Numbered from the stretch's first letter, positions 39,850 through 52,614 are shown. The stretch: 64,000 nucleotides of DNA from Eledone cirrhosa (GCA_964016885.1 OZ024740.1:310558001-310622000); one strand, 5' to 3'. Translations and numbers: made by a program. The notes: generated from the letters alone by a model not told the origin.

Positions 39850-41152
39850 TTATACTCTCATGCCCACCCGATTCTTTCTAAGAAACTTCATCTGCTCACT
39901 TCTTTATAACAATGCAGCTACACGGATTTCCCGTATTTAAATTGTGTATTTATTTCCTTATGTTTAAATGTTTGCTCCTTGTCTACATCTATTATGGCAG
40001 GAAAGATTCTACTGTCAAACGTGGCAAGAAATAGATTACTTAAATTGTAATCTCTAGTATTTTCATAAAACAATACAATCTTCTTCAGAAATTGTGTCCA
40101 TGTTGGTGTGAAGGATAGAATTTGAGGCAAATTATAATGTTTTAAATCCTCATAAGTTAGATCTATTACTTACTTTAGGGTTAAGGTTAACTAGACCCCG
40201 AGTGCCCAATTCACCCGCTTTATAGCTGCGGCGGGGTTTTCTGGGCTTTCGACAGACTATAGTGCTGTGCTATCAGTTAGCGCACAATGGGAGTGTTTAT
40301 AAACCATGCTAACATGGCTAGTGTGGGTATGCGCATATATAGGTTCATGCTGTGCTATGTATAGTGAGAAGCCTTACGTGGGTTCCACCGCAGGGTTCTT
40401 TGCTTGTGGTCCAATAAGATGAACTAGGGAAGAGAGGGAGAAAAGTAAAAGAGGGGGAGAGGAGAAGAGGTATTAGAGTAGTCTATATGCACCCGAGGGG
40501 CAGTTATCGTCTGGAACATATCGATGTGGTCGTAGGGTGCGGATTTGATAAGGAGAATCGACCTATTACAGGGCGATATATTTGGAGTACACCATCCCTC
40601 AAATGGACATGTAAGTCTGCATTACTGCTAACCAACAATTCTTTTCATAGACTCATGCTTGCAAACTCTCTTGATCTGCCTGTACACCCCCTTTTGCACT
40701 GCTTCTGCTTTGATGCATCTATGCTTTGCTTTGTCTTATATACCTTTATATATTTTGAGTGGGGTTTCCGGGCTCTTTGTTCATTAATTGTTTTGTATTT
40801 TTGTATTTATCTCTTTTCTTATCCCTGTATTTTTGTACTTTTTTATTACTTTTTTGTTATTTTCTTACATTTTCTGATTGTTTCTGATCATGCTGAGTAA
40901 TACCTGCACTCATTCCTTGCTACCCTCTCCCAACCTCTTTATCATCTATTGCACCATGTAAGGGATACATTTTTGGTGTAATTTTTTTTTTTTTTTTTTT
41001 TTTTTTAAAGACATTTTATGACATTATGTGCATCATGTATTATGTCTTTTTCCATATAGCGCTAACCTAGGGACTCCCCTGCTGGTCATTTAACATTGTT
41101 CTGGTGACGCAGCTCGATGGAGCATGTAACTACTGATATACTCATGTTTATA

Positions 41153-41199
41153 GGCTCTGAAAATTCCTGCCATGGTGTATGGATGAAACACTGTTAGCT
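41153..41199 (+). ncRNA. Degenerate type I hammerhead ribozyme
   Basis: ggct-CTGAAAA(G>A)-ttcc...ggat-GAAAC-act-GTT-agct, then AATAAA and (TA)n ~45 nt later. Confidence 0.55.
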
Positions 41200-41245
41200 A
41201 ATAAAACAATGTATTTCTAAGCACTCTTTGGTTATTCCTATAACT

Positions 41246-41480
<235 letters not shown>

Positions 41481-43258
41481 TTATGTATATTTACATAATT
41501 TACACACTGGGAATTTCTGGTGTGATATGCCATTTAAAAAATATATAACTTTTTATCGTTTTAAAATCAGTTAAGGATGAAAGCGCTAGATTCTAATTAT
41601 GATTATGTTTTGTTATTGAAGTGGTAGAAAGTGTTTTATTACTTTTTCTGGTGCGTGTCTTTGTCAGAATATATGTGCACCTACACCCAATATGTCCGTG
41701 CTGGGTACATATGTTATTCCCTCCAGCAATATAAAAGGTAATTAGCATGTTGTAGGGAAGAAAAGCTCTAATGTCTAGTGATAAAAGTCTTAAAGTGACT
41801 GGAAACCTGAATTTGTATTTCAATGTGAATGTCTCAGAAATTCATAGTCGGGAAACAAATGAATCCAGTAATGTTACCCATAAAAATACTTGATGATAAA
41901 AGCTAAATTATTTATCATAATTTTTATGAAATAGTATTTGAATGCTTGTCAAAATCAACTGTGGCTGCTTTATAAAACGAGAATTTACTATTTGCTACTA
42001 AGCACAATATGCCGTGTTTAACCTTAGTTAAAAAACTCACATTACATCCAGACTTGTTCCCAACTATGCAAATTGGCGCGGTTCATGTAAATAATTGCAA
42101 TGGCATATGCAGAAATATACGACTAGTTTTACCTTCTTTTAACTATAGACTATCATTCATTAAGAGAAGATAAGAAACACTTGTTTTATATAATTATATG
42201 AAGGTAATCAGTTGTGTAAAACATAGCATAGTGCGTGTGTTTAATTGTGATAAATATATACAGAAATGTAAACGATATATGAAAAGGTCTCTTTGATATA
42301 TCTAGTTGAGAAACAACGAGCATTAGGTATATACATATAATGATAATAATAAATGTACTCACTCATAGAAAGAATCACGTTTAAGTTCACTTATACGGTC
42401 GTTTCATGATAGAGTCCAGAATCGATCTAATGATTGGGTCCAATCATCAATCATCGATCTTATTAACAAGCATCATCAAGACCAGAGAACATCAATCATC
42501 AGTAAAAGTTTAAGGTGTTACTTGTATATATCTCTCTCACTGTACATTAACTAATCTACTGGCAAATGTTCATTGAGCTTCCTTTGTTGCGTAACTTAAT
42601 CAATATACCTTATATATGTATAGATTTAACCTAATTATAGTATATATATATATATAACGCGCGCACACACATAAACTAATATATATACGTTGTGTCTATT
42701 TCTAGTTATTCTCTAATGTATTATTTAATTACTGTCATCACTATATATGATGAAACATGCTTGATTTAATGCTATTGATTAAATCCGTAATGATAAATTT
42801 CAATGTTATTGAAGAACCTTACGCAGGTGACTTGTCTTTGCTGAAATACCGAGTACAATATCTAACGCGTTGGTGAGCAGATTAATCTTGAATTTGTGTT
42901 ACAGAATGGTAATGAACGTTCTAATAAATCTACGCATGGTGAGTTATGTTGTGAATGTTAAAGTGTTTCATATATTTCAACTTCTCAATTTGCAACATAA
43001 TATGTACCATTTACAGAGAGAGAAAGACAAAGGAACATAATGACTCAATATGTTTAGGAAAATTAGAAATAATGAGATACGCACAAGAACAAACCTTGTA
43101 AGGATAACAGATATACAGATATTCCCTGAATGTGTGTTGCATATAATTTTACACTCCTATTCTCTCATTCTCTCTCTCTATCTCTCTATCTCCCTCTCTC
43201 TCCCCCTCTCTCTCTCTCCCTCTATCTCTTTCTCTCTCTCTCTCTCTTTCTCTCTCTT

Positions 43259-43331
<73 letters not shown>

Positions 43332-43364
43332 GTGTGTTCGTTTGTTTGTTTGTGTATCTGAAAT

Positions 43365-44720
43365 ATACCCCTTCGTATATTAACAGACCCTAACTGTTTC
43401 TCCTAGGAAATTAATTTTCCAGCTGGCCATCGATATTCCTATAAACTCAATCACATTGTCTAGCACTTCAGTAAATTGCAGACAATCTAATATCAAATTG
43501 TGGGGACATGTCCTAGGCTTCCTTATAGTCCTTTCACGCCATGGATAAGCTTTTGTGCCGTTTTTTTTACTATCCGCAAGGATTGTTTTGTCAATCATCA
43601 GTTAATCATTTGTAACCCTTGTGGGTTTTTTTAAGGGGGGGGGGGGGGGGGGCTTTTCAGCTCGGTTTTCCGATAGAATTTCATTCTCCCTGAGAAAGTC
43701 ATACACGCTCTCTGAGATGATTCCAGTCATAAAAGTCATAAGTTTCCAAATTAATGGCGGGAAAGATATAGGTTTAAAATGATCTACTACATTGCTTTTA
43801 GGTTTGTCCTTCTGACAGCGCACAACCCTACACGAAGTCATCAATATAGGTATCCCTGTATGGTTGTGTAAGATTTGAACTGTGATTCGCTCATATAAAG
43901 ATATCAACTTCTTCAACCAAAAGCCCTAGATCCCACCGTTTGCTTTCTTCTGCATCCAGTGTCACTCTTTCTTGTCTTACTTTTACCGTCAAGGCATTGG
44001 TACACTTCGTTCTGATCATACTGGAACATTCTATTCATTTTGTATTGTTGTGTTCTTTGTTCAAATCTTAGCTTGGAGACCTTAGCCTGCAACCCTTGTG
44101 TTAACTTTTCAATAACGACGCTTATACTTTTTATTTTTTTTGTACATCATACTTATTTCTGTTTCAAGACGTTTCTTCTTCTTTATTTTCCCCTTCGCTT
44201 TTTACGTTCCAAGATGTTTATATGCCTTCTTAATTCGTTAATTTCCTCTAATCCTTCTGTTCAGCCATGGTTCCTTCCCTTTTATCCCATTCGAGGGATT
44301 TACAAATCCTATTTTCCATGCCACATACACAACCATAGCACCAAAACGTTTATTTCTATCATATATTTTCCGTTCTAATAACTTTCAGTACTTTATTTTT
44401 CCATTCATTCAGAGATGTTCTATCAACCTTCCTCAGTCTTTGTAGTTTGTTCAGATTACCCCTCTTTCATGATCTCTATGATCTGATTATTCCTCTCCTT
44501 ATTATTTTCACGCATTTCAACACATGTCTCTTCTTCCAGATGTTGTTCATTCGTTTACTGTAATATCTTACAGGCTTCCCTCATCATCAATAGGCCTACT
44601 CACAAAATAGCAAACTATTAGAGCTACATTCAGCTTCTTAGATTATTCTGTAGTTGGTTGGTGATTGGGCCCTTGCTATTCACCCACGGGACGCCTGCTT
44701 GGCGAGACGGCTTCAGCATT
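43365..44720 (-). mobile_element. Decayed R4/Dong-like RT N-terminal region
   Basis: KDKPKSNVVDHFKPISFPPLIWKLMT..GIISESVYDFL, TNDQLMIDKTILAD, ILDCL. Confidence 0.75.
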
Positions 44721-45006
44721 ACTGCCTCCATCAACATTGACGCCATTATTTCTATTAAATTGATTTTCCGAGTCAGTTAAAATGAGGTTAGTGATGACGA
44801 GGCACCACAACCAACAATATTTCTTTTTGACACAATTACTAGAGAGTGTTTTAAACAAGTCAATGGGGATCTCAAACCACGAGATTGACGTGAGCTGCTC
44901 TTCGTTGGACAGCAAACTAGTACTCTATACACCGCAGAATTATTATCATTGTCTTGTTTACAAGTTTCTCTGCTGCTGTGACTTTCGGTGTTGTTGTCAT
45001 TATCTG

Positions 45007-45378
45007 AGGTGGTGGATTGGCAGATCGATAGAGAGTCGGACCCTATGCTTTGCAGCACAGAATTACGTCCCTTTACGATCCGGGTTCAAGTCCCACCGAG
45101 GTTAACTGCCTTTCATCCTTACAGAGTTGATAAAATACAGCACCAGTAATACACTGGGGTAATTTCTGGCCTTGTGCCAAAGGTAGAAACAATTATCTCG
45201 GGCGGTGGACTGCAGAATCGGTAGAGGGTCGGACGCCATGCTATGCAGAATAGATTTACGACCCTTTACGATCTGAGTTCAAAACCCGCCGAGGTTAACT
45301 TTGCGTTTCATACTTACAGAGTAGATAAAATACAACACCAGTGATGCACTGGCCTTGTGCCAAAAGTAGAAACAATTA
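45007..45378 (+). mobile_element. Head-to-tail SINE pair (45007-45195, 45200-45378)
   Basis: Two consecutive full copies, each with B box and gtagaaacaatta tail. Confidence 0.92.
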
Positions 45379-45902
45379 GCTAATATGTTGTTACCACTGT
45401 CGTGATACTTGATGTTGTGCTGTTAGTATTTTGCTTTTGTTGTAGTTCAGGTGGTGGCTGATGAGTTGTTTACTCGATCAATCACCGCTAGTATTAATAG
45501 CTACAATTTCTCCTCGTGTTTCTATTTTTTGGTGCTGTAGTAACGACGGTGGTGGGGTGGGGGTATAATGGTGGGGATGGAGTCGGAGTAGTGGCGGTGG
45601 TAAAAATGACGTAGTGAGTATTTTCACTATTGTTGCTGTATTTGTGTTTTGTCTTGGTTAAGTTAAATAGCCATAACAACGTGCTGTGCTGTGTTTTCTG
45701 TGCCCAAACGACTAAATCTTCTGTGCCATTAACATTAGCATTCTTGTTATTGTTGTTGTTGTTGTTGTTACGCTGTTGTTATTTTTAGTTATGATGCCCT
45801 ACGCTCAAGGATAAGACCCGACCAGGATCTCTACCATCTCTAGAGTCCTTAACACTTACATGCATTCGTATATATATATATATATATATACATATATAAA
45901 AT

Positions 45903-46698
45903 GTTCGCTCTACATGGCTGAATACAATAAATGTAATCTGAGTTTTTCGAATATTAATAATAACACTCGATTCGTTTGCAATTATGCAAACAAACCTCAT
46001 TTTTAAAGCCATGTCAGTAGAATCAGCCCCTCATTCTTGCTCTTGTGTCGGCATGTAAACAGAACTGCAGACACTAATGGTTCTGGGTATCACCCTTCAT
46101 CAGTACAGCTCCCTGTTCACCTGCCAACTGTCAGAGCTAGTGAAAATATATGCTATTTTCTATAATATACAGTGACTGATCGGCCTGAGTTGCATATTAG
46201 CAGACTGGCCAATCAGTCAGATCTGCATATTAGCAGATCCATTAATCAGCCAGATTTGCATATCAGCAGACTGGCCAGTCAGTTTCCTGTATATGAGCGA
46301 TAAATGGCCGGCTTTGCCAAATTCAAATAAAAAAAAAAGAGAAAGAAAAGTTCGCTCTACATGGCTGAATACAATAAATGTAATCTGAGTTTTTCGAATA
46401 TTAATAATAACATTCGATTGCAATTATCCAAACAAGCCTCATTCTTAAAGCCATGTCAGTAGAATAGGACCCTCATTCTTGCTCTTGTGTTGGCATGTAA
46501 ACGGAACAGCTTTGCCACATTCAAATAAAAAAAATGATACCGAGAAACATTAGTGTCTGCAGTTCAGTTTACATGCCAACACAAGAGTAAGAATGAGGGT
46601 CTCATTCTACTGACATGACTTTAACAATGAGGCTAGTTTGAATAATTGCAAACGAATCGAATGTTGTTATTAATATTCGAAAAACTCAGATTACATTT
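45903..46698 (-). mobile_element. Non-coding HHR element: 447-bp monomer + partial tandem copy + inverted copy (PLE pLTR / retrozyme-like)
   Basis: 45903 is repeated at 46350; 46535-46698 is the reverse complement of ~45930-46092; TA-flanked. Confidence 0.8.
46062..46111 (-). ncRNA. Type I hammerhead ribozyme
   Basis: gagctgta-CTGATGA-agggtgataccca-GAACC-attagt-GTC-tgcagttc; the sister copy at 46544 has canonical GAAAC. Confidence 0.85.
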
Positions 46699-46820
46699 AT
46701 ATATATGAATATATATATATATAGTGGTAGAACACTGGAAGGTAATATCCGTATAGTAGAGCACTCAGTCCATGGGAGGAGTTAGGTAGAAGTGGTTACA
46801 CAACAGTTAGTTCACCATAC

Positions 46821-46858
46821 CGAGAACAATTGTTTCACCTTAGCGGATCCTCAGCTCG
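46821..46858 (-). ncRNA. Minimal type I hammerhead ribozyme
   Basis: cgag-CTGAGGA-tccgctaaggt-GAAAC-aatt-GTT-ctcg; palindromic stem III; ~100-nt tail to (TA)n at 46722. Confidence 0.78.
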
Positions 46859-47001
46859 TAATGGACATGGTTATACGGAACAGGAAAGACAACCGCACGA
46901 ATGCGCAGAAACGGTCACGTCCCTCAGGCAATACTAAATTGCGTGCGAGAGGATAAAAGGAAGATAACTGAGAGGTGTAAGGGAGATAAAAAAGACTAAT
47001 C

Positions 47002-47471
47002 TTGCGAAACAGATTTTGGTCTGTCCGGGTATAAAAGGCTATTGCCCGATATAGGTTTGTTATTTTTATTGATTTATTACTTTAAAATGAGTCAGGTAAA
47101 CGATATTGTTTTAAATTAGTATTTTTCAACCTAGCTAACTTGGTCATTTGCAATTGGAACACATGTATACTTATATCTGTGTTCATCTCTCTCATATATC
47201 CAATTGTATTACACGACTCGGAAAGATTCCCTTCTTTGAGCTATTTAATTGTAAAAGACTATTTTGAGTTTATAACTTAATCTATGATATTCTCGGCTCC
47301 GTATATAGAGCTAACCTTAGTCGCATAAACCCAACTGCTATTTTTAGCGGCATGAGTATGAGACGCGCTAGGCGCTGCGACATGTGCGTTTGTATCAGCA
47401 TATCTTTCAAATATTGTTTTAAATTAGTATTTTTTCAACCTAGCTAACTTGGTCATTTGCAATTGGAACAC

Positions 47472-47476
<5 letters not shown>
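47002..47476 (+). mobile_element. Diverged relative of the 49696-50215 HHR monomer
   Basis: Begins with the HHR 3' half gcGAAACaga..tctGTCcgggt; shares gactattttgagttt and ctgctatttttag blocks; 47103-47168 is duplicated at 47411-47477. Confidence 0.7.
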
Positions 47477-47547
<71 letters not shown>

Positions 47548-47552
<5 letters not shown>

Positions 47553-47735
47553 AACAAGTAAGACCCCGACGGCTGAGCTCAAGCCGTTTCGACGGCTAAT
47601 TATCTAATTAGCCGTCGAAACGGCTTGAGCTCAGTCGTCGGGGTCTTACTTGTTTCTATTACCCACTCTACTACCCTAAGTATCGAGTACTTTGGTGCGA
47701 TATGGTCCACCTGGTTACTTACCACATTTCCTTCG
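47548..47735 (+). mobile_element. Fold-back short element (family of 9909)
   Basis: ~55-bp arms 47548-47602 / 47605-47659, tail ends ccttcg then (TA)n. Confidence 0.7.
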
Positions 47736-48188
47736 TTATATATATATATATATAAAGATTTACATATACACAAACTAGACAAAGTCACAGATATATATGA
47801 TTTGGCAACCATTCACGATGTGGCTCAATGATGAATTAATAAATTAAATAATCAGAGCAATATACTATAAAGTATGCCCATAGAATCATTTGATAATATA
47901 TATACACCATTTCCTCTCCCAATTAGCATAATTAACCACACACAAAATCATTTGAACCAGGCTATAAGTTTAAAGAAGAAATAGTAGATAAATAAAGGAC
48001 AGCAATCTATTCGCGGCCAACCGCTATAGAATATTTACCCAACATTTCAATAGCACGTGGAAATCGATTAAATATACCGTCAACCATACACAATTAGGTA
48101 TAAAATTAAAGTTAGAAGAAAAAATGCATATACACAAACCAGGATATGTGTATATGCATTTTTTTTCTAACTTTAATTTTATACCTAA

Positions 48189-49140
48189 CTAGCAGTAAAG
48201 CCCGGCGTTGCTCGGGGTCGCTCAGTAGCTGTGTTAAAGTTACAATGTTAAGTTTCTTTCTTGGCTTAAAAACTGTAGTGTCTACTGTGCAGACTTGCAT
48301 GTGGTGTTTTTTATTAATATTCCCTCAACCAACAATAAGCCTTATGAAGTTAAGAAAACATAACGATAACCCGAATGTTATAACAAAAGAGGATGCTGGG
48401 GATAGAAACTGCACTGGTTATTTATTAACAAAGATCGAAAATGTAAACACTGCAACGCAGAGAAAAACATTAGCGTAACCAAATTATCAGTTATGTCTGT
48501 CTGCACGCCTATATCACCTCTCTGCACGACTGTCTGTCTGCACGCCTATATCACCTCTCTGCACGACTGTCTGTCTGCACGCCTATATCACCTCTCTGCA
48601 CGACTGTCTGTCTGCACGCCTATATCACCTCTCTGCACGACTGTCTGTCTGCACGCGTATATCACCTCTCTGCACGACTGTCTGTCTGCACGACTGTCTG
48701 TCTGCACGCCTAACGACGAAATATTTGCTTGTTTTACGTAGTCTTTAAATAGACTTGTTTTCAAGTAAAAATATTGTTTTAAAATGCTTTTAAATGGAAA
48801 TGAAGCAAAACGGAAGCTTAGTGTTCGAACTGATGAATTGTGCAGGTCAATATTTTGCTGGCTCGACAACTGTTAAAGCCAGCGTAATTTTTTACGTAAG
48901 ACGCTCAATGTAAACAGAACAAAGGGAAATAACTGATAACTTACGCTCAAAAATCGATACATTATATTCGATTTCGTCACATAGGGTGGGTCAATTTGAA
49001 ATATTTTTTTTTCCGATGTCTTCGCTAGGGCTCAATGTACAAGTATAGCAATTTCGGTGCAATTCCGTGAGAGATTCTAAGAGGAGATGTGTGCCAAAAA
49101 TCGATAGACAGACCGACAACCACAGTTTTATATATATAGA
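48189..49140 (-). mobile_element. Non-autonomous Helitron, 952 bp
   Basis: Minus strand A|TC...cccgagcaacgccggg hairpin...CTAG|T; 3' end nearly identical to 52614-52642; no TSD. Confidence 0.92.
48494..48711. repeat. 37-bp tandem repeat, 5 full units plus partials, inside the Helitron
   Basis: Unit tgtctgtctgcacgcctatatcacctctctgcacgac at 48494, 48531, 48568, 48605, 48642. Confidence 0.95.
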
Positions 49141-49383
49141 TTGTATATGGTTGACGGTATATTTAATCGATTTCCACGTGCTATTGAAATGTTGGGTAAA
49201 TATTCTATAGCGGTTGGTCGCGAATAGATTGCTGTCGTTTATTTATCTACTATTTCTTTATAGGTGCCTTTTAATCTTATATCCTGGTTTAATTGTATTT
49301 TAGTGTGGTTAATTATGCTAATTGGGAGAGGAAATGGTGTATATATATTATCAAATGATTCTATGGACATACTTTATAGTATA

Positions 49384-50243
49384 TATATCAAAAGCTTGTA
49401 TTGAGTTAGAAACTCAAAATAGTCTCATTACAGTAAATTAGCTCTAGTAAAAAGGTTTTCCGAGCCGTATATAACTGAACAAAAAGGAAAAACGAACACA
49501 GACATATATATATTTATGTGTTCAAATCATAATGGACCAAAATCGCTAAGGTGAAAAAAATACTAACTTTGCTGGACTAAATTTAAGAATAAATTAAGAA
49601 AAATAAATACAAACCAGTATTGTGGTAACTACCATCACCCAGGCGGTCTTTGATAGAACCGTTTCGCAATATTATTTGTTAAGAGATATACCAAGAGATA
49701 TACGGCTCGGAAAAACCTTTTATCTTAGAGCTAATTTACTGTAATGAGACTATTTTGAGTTTCTAACTCAATACAAGCTTTTGATATATTCAGCTCCATT
49801 AATTCGTAGAGCTATTTCAAATGTCGTGTAGACCCTGCTGCTATTTTTAGTGGCGTAAGTCTGCGCGAGACGCTAAGTCTGGGGACCATGTGCGTTATAT
49901 ATACACACACTTTCCAGTTTTCTATTTGATTTAGAAGTGAGGAGGATACTAATTTCTTCACCCACTGATGAGCCTGGAATTTGGTATATCTCTTCACAAA
50001 TAATATTGCGAAACGGTTCTATCAAAGACCGCCTGGGTGATGGTAGTTACCACAATACTGGTTTGTTTTTATTTTTCTTAATTTATTATTAAATTGAGTC
50101 CAGCAAACCCTATTGTCTGTAGTTAGTATTTTTTTCACCTTAGCGATTTTGGTCCATTACGATTTGAACACACATATATATATATATATGTCTGTTTTCG
50201 TTTTTCCTTTTTCCTTTTTCCTTTTTCCTTCAGGCGGTCTTTG
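49384..50243 (+). mobile_element. HHR element: ~520-bp monomer (49696-50215) preceded by an inverted, permuted partial copy
   Basis: 49384-49471 is the reverse complement of 49698-49789; 49480-49694 is the reverse complement of 49981-50212. Confidence 0.8.
49958..50040 (+). ncRNA. Type I hammerhead ribozyme with GCC at the cleavage triplet
   Basis: tcaccca-CTGATGA-gc...gc-GAAACggt...accGCC-tgggtga; perfect 7-bp stem I. Confidence 0.82.
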
Positions 50244-50570
50244 ATTGTATTTTAGTGTGGTTAATTATGCTAATTGGGAGAGGAAATGGTGTATATATAT
50301 TATCAAATGATTCTATGGACATACTTTATAGTATATATATATCAATTATAATAATACATATATAATAAAAGGACGATTTATTATTTCTTCATTACGTTTA
50401 TTGAGTAGTGACGCGCTTCTGACTATTGATCAGGTCAAGGTTCGAGCTGTATCGATCTAGCCCGAGTCTGGAATCAAAAACTCGTCAGACCTCTGCAGTA
50501 GTAATGACAGACTGGAAATTACGCATTGAGTGCTCACTCGGATGAACCTACAGTAACTGCACGTTACACA

Positions 50571-50618
<48 letters not shown>

Positions 50619-51934
50619 ACGTATGTGAGTATGTATCATAATGTGTTTTAAAACTTTAGTATATGGTTTTCTTATTACGATGAACATTATTGTCCTTATC
50701 ATATCAAGATGATTATTATTTCAATTAGCATTTTTGTTGGCGTCATCCCCAACGTCATCAGCATGTCATGAATTGTGCTCATACATTGCCACTGGGAAAC
50801 TTATAGATAATTCCCCTCTATGTTACTACTTGATCGCACGGTTTTATTTTAGATTATTTTGCATTATGATCCGTCTATGCCATTGGTTTTACGCAATGGG
50901 ATTACTTTCACATCAATAGATAAGAAATGCGACTCTATTTTTCTCTTAATCACCGATGATCGATAGTTAAAAGGCGAAAAACCAGACTATAATAATTAAT
51001 GTATTATATGTATAGCTAACCAGCTTTCAAGTGAAATAATATAGTATAAAATTGTTCGGGCTCAATTGTCTGTTCATTCATTAGGTAGTGTATTTAAAGT
51101 AAGTTATATTTAGATGCTATAAATATAAATTCTAAATGAGTTACATTTGATCTTCAAATATAGAAGACACCTGTCTACCAACTAAAAATAACCTAAGAAA
51201 AGTTGAGTAATGCCATTTCTATTTCAGGAGTTTGCAATCCAATACCTTCCCTCAGCGTATTGTGAATTGTATGAGCATCACTTAATATTATATATCCCCT
51301 ACTTAATTTGTGAACTTACTTTTGTCAAATCAATAATTAAATAAAAGAGACAACAATGCTTTTCAATGCATCTTAGTAGTATCATAGGAAATTATTACAT
51401 CAGTCATGTTCGTATTTCTTGTTGAAAGAACATCATATTTAGCGGGGTATCTGCTTTACCTTTGTTAGTACAATGATCCCTGAACCTACAGGCAATTCAT
51501 TATAACCACAATAGTTTCACACTACAAAATAATATTAGTTTCAAGAATGGTTCAGGTGGATGGTTTGTATAATGATTCTTTCTGTCTCTCTCTCTCTCAT
51601 TCACTCACACTCTCTCTCTCACTCTCATTCTCTCGCTCTCTCTCTCAATGTACATGTGCGATTATGTACCACAAATGATCACAAAACTAATTCCTCTTAC
51701 ATATAATATATGAAACTGAATTTGAGAAGATTCAAATTCAAATAAATGACATCCCGCTGCTCTCCTGAAGCCAGAAATAATGTATTATACAGTTTTCGAC
51801 CTAAATGAAATAAGCTAGCATGTTTCATTTCATGCAAATGTAAATATCAGCCTTTAAACTTATATAAATATATCATGAAAGAGATATTAATAAGGATGTA
51901 ATGATATGAAGTTTTAAAACTTTTATAAAGAAAA

Positions 51935-52140
51935 TAATTGTTTCTACTATTGGCACAAGGCCAGAAATTATCCAGTACATTACTGGTACTTTATTTTATC
52001 GACCCCATAATTACTCAGTACATTACTGATACTTTATTTTATCGACCTCGGCAGGATTTGAACTCAGAATGGCAAGGACCGTAACTCTATACGTCAAAGC
52101 ATGGCGTCCGACCCTCTACCAATACTGCCAATCCACCGCC
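51935..52140 (-). mobile_element. SINE with internal duplication/deletion and 18-bp TSD
   Basis: TSD ttttataaagaaaataat at 51921-51938 and 52141-52158. Confidence 0.92.
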
Positions 52141-52259
52141 TTTTATAAAGAAAATAATGCTCTAATGTCAGATTTTACGTTTTTACTTTGCCACTAAGAT
52201 TATGGATATTATACAAGTAGATGATATATTTCTTTAGTGATGACAATTTTTTAGAAAAA

Positions 52260-52349
52260 AATTCAACAAAATTGTAATATCGCTATTTGCTTCTCTCTCT
52301 ATATATATAGAGAGAGAAGCAAATAGCGATATTACAATTTTGTTGAATT
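52260..52349. repeat. Perfect 90-bp palindrome centred on (TA)n
   Basis: aattcaacaaaattg...ctctatat|atatagag...caattttgttgaatt. Confidence 0.95.
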
Positions 52350-52401
52350 ATATGTATATATAGAGAGAGAGGGAGAGAGAGAAAGAAAGAGAGAGAGAGG
52401 G

Positions 52402-52452
52402 GGCTTCCTGATGATTTCTTCCGAATGGAACAGTTCTAGTCCTGTAGAAGCC
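52402..52452 (+). ncRNA. Type I hammerhead ribozyme (one core change GAAA>GGAA)
   Basis: ggcttc-CTGATGA-tttcttccgaat-GGAACag ttctagtc ctGTA-gaagcc. Confidence 0.75.
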
Positions 52453-52539
52453 ATTTCTTTTATTAGATATTTATACTCTGCGATATACTGTGGTTACCTC
52501 CGATTGAGCCCGGGATAAACATAACTCTATCTCTCTCTA

Positions 52540-52614
<75 letters not shown>

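Larger units (their letters stand above)
47861..49388. repeat. Long fold-back palindrome (~275-bp arms) interrupted by a Helitron
   Basis: 47861-48136 is the reverse complement of 48146-48188 joined to 49141-49388. Confidence 0.9.

Noticed and set aside
40175-40189. Telomeric repeat
   Set aside because: Only one exact TTAGGG plus a variant; not an array
45450-45490. ggtggtgg-CTGATGA-gt...actcgatc HHR-like motif
   Set aside because: No GAAA or stem III; lies in GT-rich simple sequence
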